This document shows positions 58,509 through 64,000 of a DNA stretch of 64,000 bases, in pieces; position 1 is the first letter of the stretch; the number at the start of each line of letters is the position of its first letter. Below the pieces are notes generated by a model. The model saw only the letters and a program-made list of their open reading frames with translations, made no database searches and was not told where the DNA came from. Source of the DNA: Eledone cirrhosa (Eukaryota); the NCBI GenBank assembly GCA_964016885.1, contig OZ024749.1, positions 2,294,001-2,358,000 of the forward strand, read 5' to 3'. The position numbers were made by a program, and so were the translations under genes.

Positions 58509-58721
58509 CAATTTCGCTGACTACGACAAAACGACAAAATAGATTATGAGGCACTCATCTACTAAGCTGCCGAAATATACGATGATGTTATATCTGTATA
58601 TATACAGTGAGGTCAATCGAGATTGGCCGGTGTGTATATACATATGCACATTTTAAAATATATAGGTATGTACACATGTTAGAAATACACATTTCACTGT
58701 AAATTACAAAAAGGAAAAAGT

Positions 58722-58815
58722 TACCTGACCTTCGTCCTATAAGACGCACGATGATTTTGAATGTCAAATTTTTGGAAAATAGCGCGTCCTATATATAGCG
58801 CGTCCGAAAAATACT
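58722..58815. mobile_element. possible pogo/Tc2-type MITE remnant
   Basis: ctataagacgcac ... gcgcgtcctata..tccgaaaatac forms degenerate inverted ends resembling CCGTATTTT.CGGACTATAAGACGCAC-type TIRs (recollection, not searched). Confidence 0.45.
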
Positions 58816-59052
58816 TTATGTATATTAAGTACACTCATTTTAGGATACTTCTCTAAGTGAAACGGTATATAAGACGCTCGGCTACTTGTGATTAGATGAA
58901 ATACATATTATTCAATAGTGGACCCATCTACGTCCAAATATTGATTAATTTACTGGGAAATTCAATTATTTAGCAAAATTACATATCTATGAAATAAATA
59001 TGTGTAAATTGATAAACATTTTACGTAGTCTCGGTTACCTCTATTATGTATA

Positions 59053-59688
59053 CTAGCAGAAAAAAGGCACCATTCGGGTGGTTTTCTGCTAGCATATTTA
59101 CTGTGCATATTAATATGCGGTGGATTGGCAGTATCGGTAGAGGGCCAGACGCCATGCTTTGCAGCAAAGAGTTGCGACCCTTTATGGTCTGGGTTCAAAT
59201 CCCGCCGAGGTTAACTTTGCCTTTCATCCTTACAGGTCGATAAAATAAAGTACCAGTAATACACTGGGATAATTGCTGGCCTTGTGCCAAACGTAGAAAC
59301 AATTAATATTATACGCAAATATATATGCATGTAGATATGATACATCAAATAAAATCATAATTGAGAATATACACAGAAATTGAAGAGAGACTGAGTAACA
59401 CTGTCTTCTGTATTCAGTAAGGTAATCCATGATACATTTTAATTAGAAGATATTATATACAAACCGCACTACGGCGGAATGTAATAAACACGAAAAAAGA
59501 GAAAATTAGCGAGATAAATATAAAGGTTATGTTATAACGATGCAAATATATAAACGTTTGTATAAGCGATATGATATAGCGTAGGTTATATCATAACCGG
59601 AAGTATTAATATTGGAACATTTTAAAAGTAAATCTTAAAAAATATATTCAGTACATAATCCCGCACTCCTCCCTTTATTATATTATGA
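59053..59688 (-). mobile_element. non-autonomous Helitron H2 interrupted by an S1 SINE (59117-59301, +, TSD attaatat)
   Basis: Homologous to 12512-12980; minus-strand A|TC start and palindrome+CTAG|T end. Confidence 0.75.
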
Positions 59689-59696
59689 TATACACT

Positions 59697-60092
59697 GGCG
59701 GTGGATTAGCAGAGACAACCTCGGCGGGATTTGAACTCACATAGTAAAGGGACGTAACTATGCTGGAAAGCATGGCGTCTGACCCTCTCGCTAGACTTTG
59801 CCTTTCATCCTTACGGGGTCGATAAAATAAAGTACCAGTAATGCACTGGGTAATTGCTGGCCTTGTGCCTAAAGTAGAAACAATTATATTATGATATACA
59901 GATATAATTGTTTCTACTTTAGGCACAAGGCCAGCAAATACCCAGTGCATTACTGGTACTTTATTTTATCGACCCCGTAAGGATGAAAGGGAAAGTCAAC
60001 CTAGGCGGGATTTGAACTCAGACTGTAAAGGGACATAAATATGCTGGAAAGCATGGCGTCCGACGCTCTACCGATACTGCCAATCCACCGCT
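59697..60092. mobile_element. tail-to-tail S1 SINE pair; the first has an internal inversion
   Basis: Plus copy at 59697-59883 (TSD ttatattatgatataca; 59716-59788 inverted); minus copy at 59908-60092 (TSD atatacagatataat). Confidence 0.92.
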
Positions 60093-60378
60093 TATATACA
60101 GATATAATATTACATAATCACACACATGCACACATAATCACACTCACACGCACACATATATAGTTCAAGCATAACATGACACAAAGATGCAAGTCTAATT
60201 AGTTTCACGCTTGTTAGAAAAGTAAAGAAAATGAATATTTGAACGTATCAGTCGGGATTCCTTAATCGAAGAAAGAAATTTCGGCGAAATTGGAGGCTGG
60301 ATGATAACGAAAAAGTGTTAGATATATGTGTATGGGCATGTGTGTGGATGTTAGTGTTTGTGCGCGCTATGTGTACGA

Positions 60379-60433
<55 letters not shown>

Positions 60434-61135
60434 TTAATGCGGATAAATACCAGTGATAATCAGCAGACTACTGATGATGGACATTCATGTTTCTCGGTCT
60501 ATTTTCATTCATATATATATGTATACACACACACACACACACATACACACACACACACACACACGCACACACATGTGTATATATATATATACACACATAT
60601 ATGTGTATGTATATATATATATACATGTGTATATGTGTGGGCTTGGGCGTACTTTTGCTAGCGAGTGTGTATATATAATGTATATATATATATATCTGAG
60701 TGTGGTCCGTGTGTGTGTGTGTGTATGTATTAGTGTCTATAATTCAGCGTGCATCTCTTGGCAGCTGTAAAGATATGCTGTCCGTACGAACATACAATCA
60801 AGTAGGTGTATGTGTTTGTGTTCTGAGAACAAACACTACACAGATCATCTCTGACCTATGTAGTCTTTACAACTACTGAATTATTTTCATAAAATCTTCC
60901 CTGAAGCTTTAGCAAGTTTACAAATATTTACATACGATTGTTGTACATCTATGACGGCATTGCAACAACTGTAAATATAGCCAGGGATGAGGTCTGTACA
61001 ATAAGTCTTTATATATGTCTACATATATAAGCTCTCTTATCTACTATTTATTACTGTTCAAATGTGATTATACATCCAGCTTTAGGCTATTGTAACTGAT
61101 TTACAGACACAAAGGTGTCCCTTTACACTGAAACT

Positions 61136-61186
<51 letters not shown>

Positions 61187-61728
61187 ATAAATGTATATAC
61201 ACATATATAAATGCGCACACATAAGTGCACACAAAGACTCAGACATACATATGTCTGTGTATACATTTATGTATATATATATATATATATATTTGTAGAT
61301 ACGTGTATGTATGTGCGTATGTTTGAATGCATATATGAATAAGCACGTGTCTCCTTGTGTGTTTGTATCCCCAAATTAGGTCTAGTTCTATTGAAGTCAG
61401 TAATAAATCATCAATATATAGTCCAGCAATCCTTTCCTTTACAATAATTCCCTAGAGATAGTAACGGGGTCGAAGTGAATAAGTGACATATACATTACAC
61501 ATATATCCATACATCTTGATATATAGAGCCATAATCACACGTGTTTCAATAAGATATACACAAACACATGATCTCCAATGACATATATTTCAAATATTAA
61601 GCTCTTATATATTTATATTGACCACTGACGCGTTGCATTTGAGTTCAAATTTACGATCTTTAAGCAGTTAATTAAATACTTTCTTAATTTCCTGATTTGC
61701 AACATCCATATCACATTTGAGGTTACAT

Positions 61729-62762
<1,034 letters not shown>

Positions 62763-63275
62763 ACTGTCCCTGTGTCTATGAGATCGTGTGTGTGTGTAGA
62801 GATACACTCACAAACACACACGATCTCTGTCTTACACATTACATTAATACATAAGCCAGATCCCCTTACATTCTCTATCTTAATAGGAAGAAACCGAGAG
62901 AGCGTCTTTAAACATTTGCTAAGCAGGCGAGATACAAGCAGCAATATCTATATCATGGAAACTGTTATTAATGGTTGTAACTGTTTCCATTTAATCTATA
63001 ATACTGTAAATATGTCGGATATCAGCAATGGTTTTACTGACGCCACATACAGTCTTATAGATCCATCTACCATCGTCTATTATTTCTAGAGGCTATCATT
63101 TATATACCAGTTCCATGTATTAATGGAATTGGATAGCTGTAAAAGATGGTGTCTCCACCGACTCACGTTTCCCTACGTGGCGGCGCGAGACTTCTACGCC
63201 AGGCATTAAAACTGTTTCGGTTATTTGTCTCGTTGTCTGTTTCGCACGTTCTCATTTCCTTCTCTCTCGCTCCAC

Positions 63276-63329
<54 letters not shown>

Positions 63330-63354
63330 TAAACACACACACACGCCCGCACAC

Positions 63355-63446
<92 letters not shown>

Positions 63447-63714
63447 ATATATATATCAACGTCAGGAAATTAACGACGAAAACAAAACAAAACGAAAAAC
63501 AATTTTTAAGCAGAAACCTTAACAAATTATTTAAAAAAATATATTCAAACGAAGGACACAGAACAGCAGGTCTTCGGCCGTTGGGATGGATTTAGTCAGT
63601 TTCGACCTATACCACGTGTTACTCCTGGAGTAACACGTGGTTGTTTAGTTCTTCTTTACACCTCAATCACTCACCTTCCTATTGTTTGATTTATTCCAGA
63701 TTTATTCCAGATTT

Positions 63715-63842
63715 TACTGGTACTTTATTGTATCGGCTCCGTAAGGATAAAAGGCAAAGTTAACATCGGTAGGATTTGAACCCAGACCGTAAAGGGCCAT
63801 AACTCTATGCTACAAAGCAGGGTGTCTGACGCTCTATCGAAT
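63715..63842 (-). mobile_element. diverged S1 SINE
   Basis: actggtactttattgtatcgg..cgtaaggataaaaggcaaagttaac..ggatttgaacc..tctgacgctcta. Confidence 0.85.
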
Positions 63843-64000
63843 ATTAATAACTGTAATGTTAAGGTGTGACAGTGTAAGTTGCGTTGGCATAAACAGTGGC
63901 GCTCTGATAGATTAAATCGATCCATCGATCTAGCTTAGCTGCTCCAATAAACAGAAAGATAGAAGGATGGGGATAGGGGTGTACTGTGTGGGGTTGTTTG

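Overview
AT-rich, microsatellite-saturated animal (non-coding) DNA. The repeat landscape looks to me like a coleoid cephalopod (octopus-like) genome; that is an inference, not shown. No intact protein-coding gene can be supported, and almost all ORFs in the track are translated (TA)n/(CA)n/(TACA)n tracts. The non-microsatellite islands are mostly mobile-element relics: about 17 copies or fragments of a tRNA-derived SINE, three non-autonomous Helitrons, several RTE-type LINE fragments and two satellite arrays, one of which grew inside a SINE and has a 657-bp higher-order period. The most striking signal is a dense set of at least seven unrelated families of short elements wedged into (TA)n or (CA)n tracts. 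They carry type-I hammerhead ribozyme motifs (CUGAnGA...GAAA, often with a palindromic stem III) and are repeatedly arranged as asymmetric fold-backs (short inverted arm ending at a fixed point, long arm with a 60-90 nt tail). One lies directly downstream of a decayed GIY-YIG endonuclease ORF end, which points to Penelope-like retroelement pseudo-LTRs or their non-autonomous derivatives.
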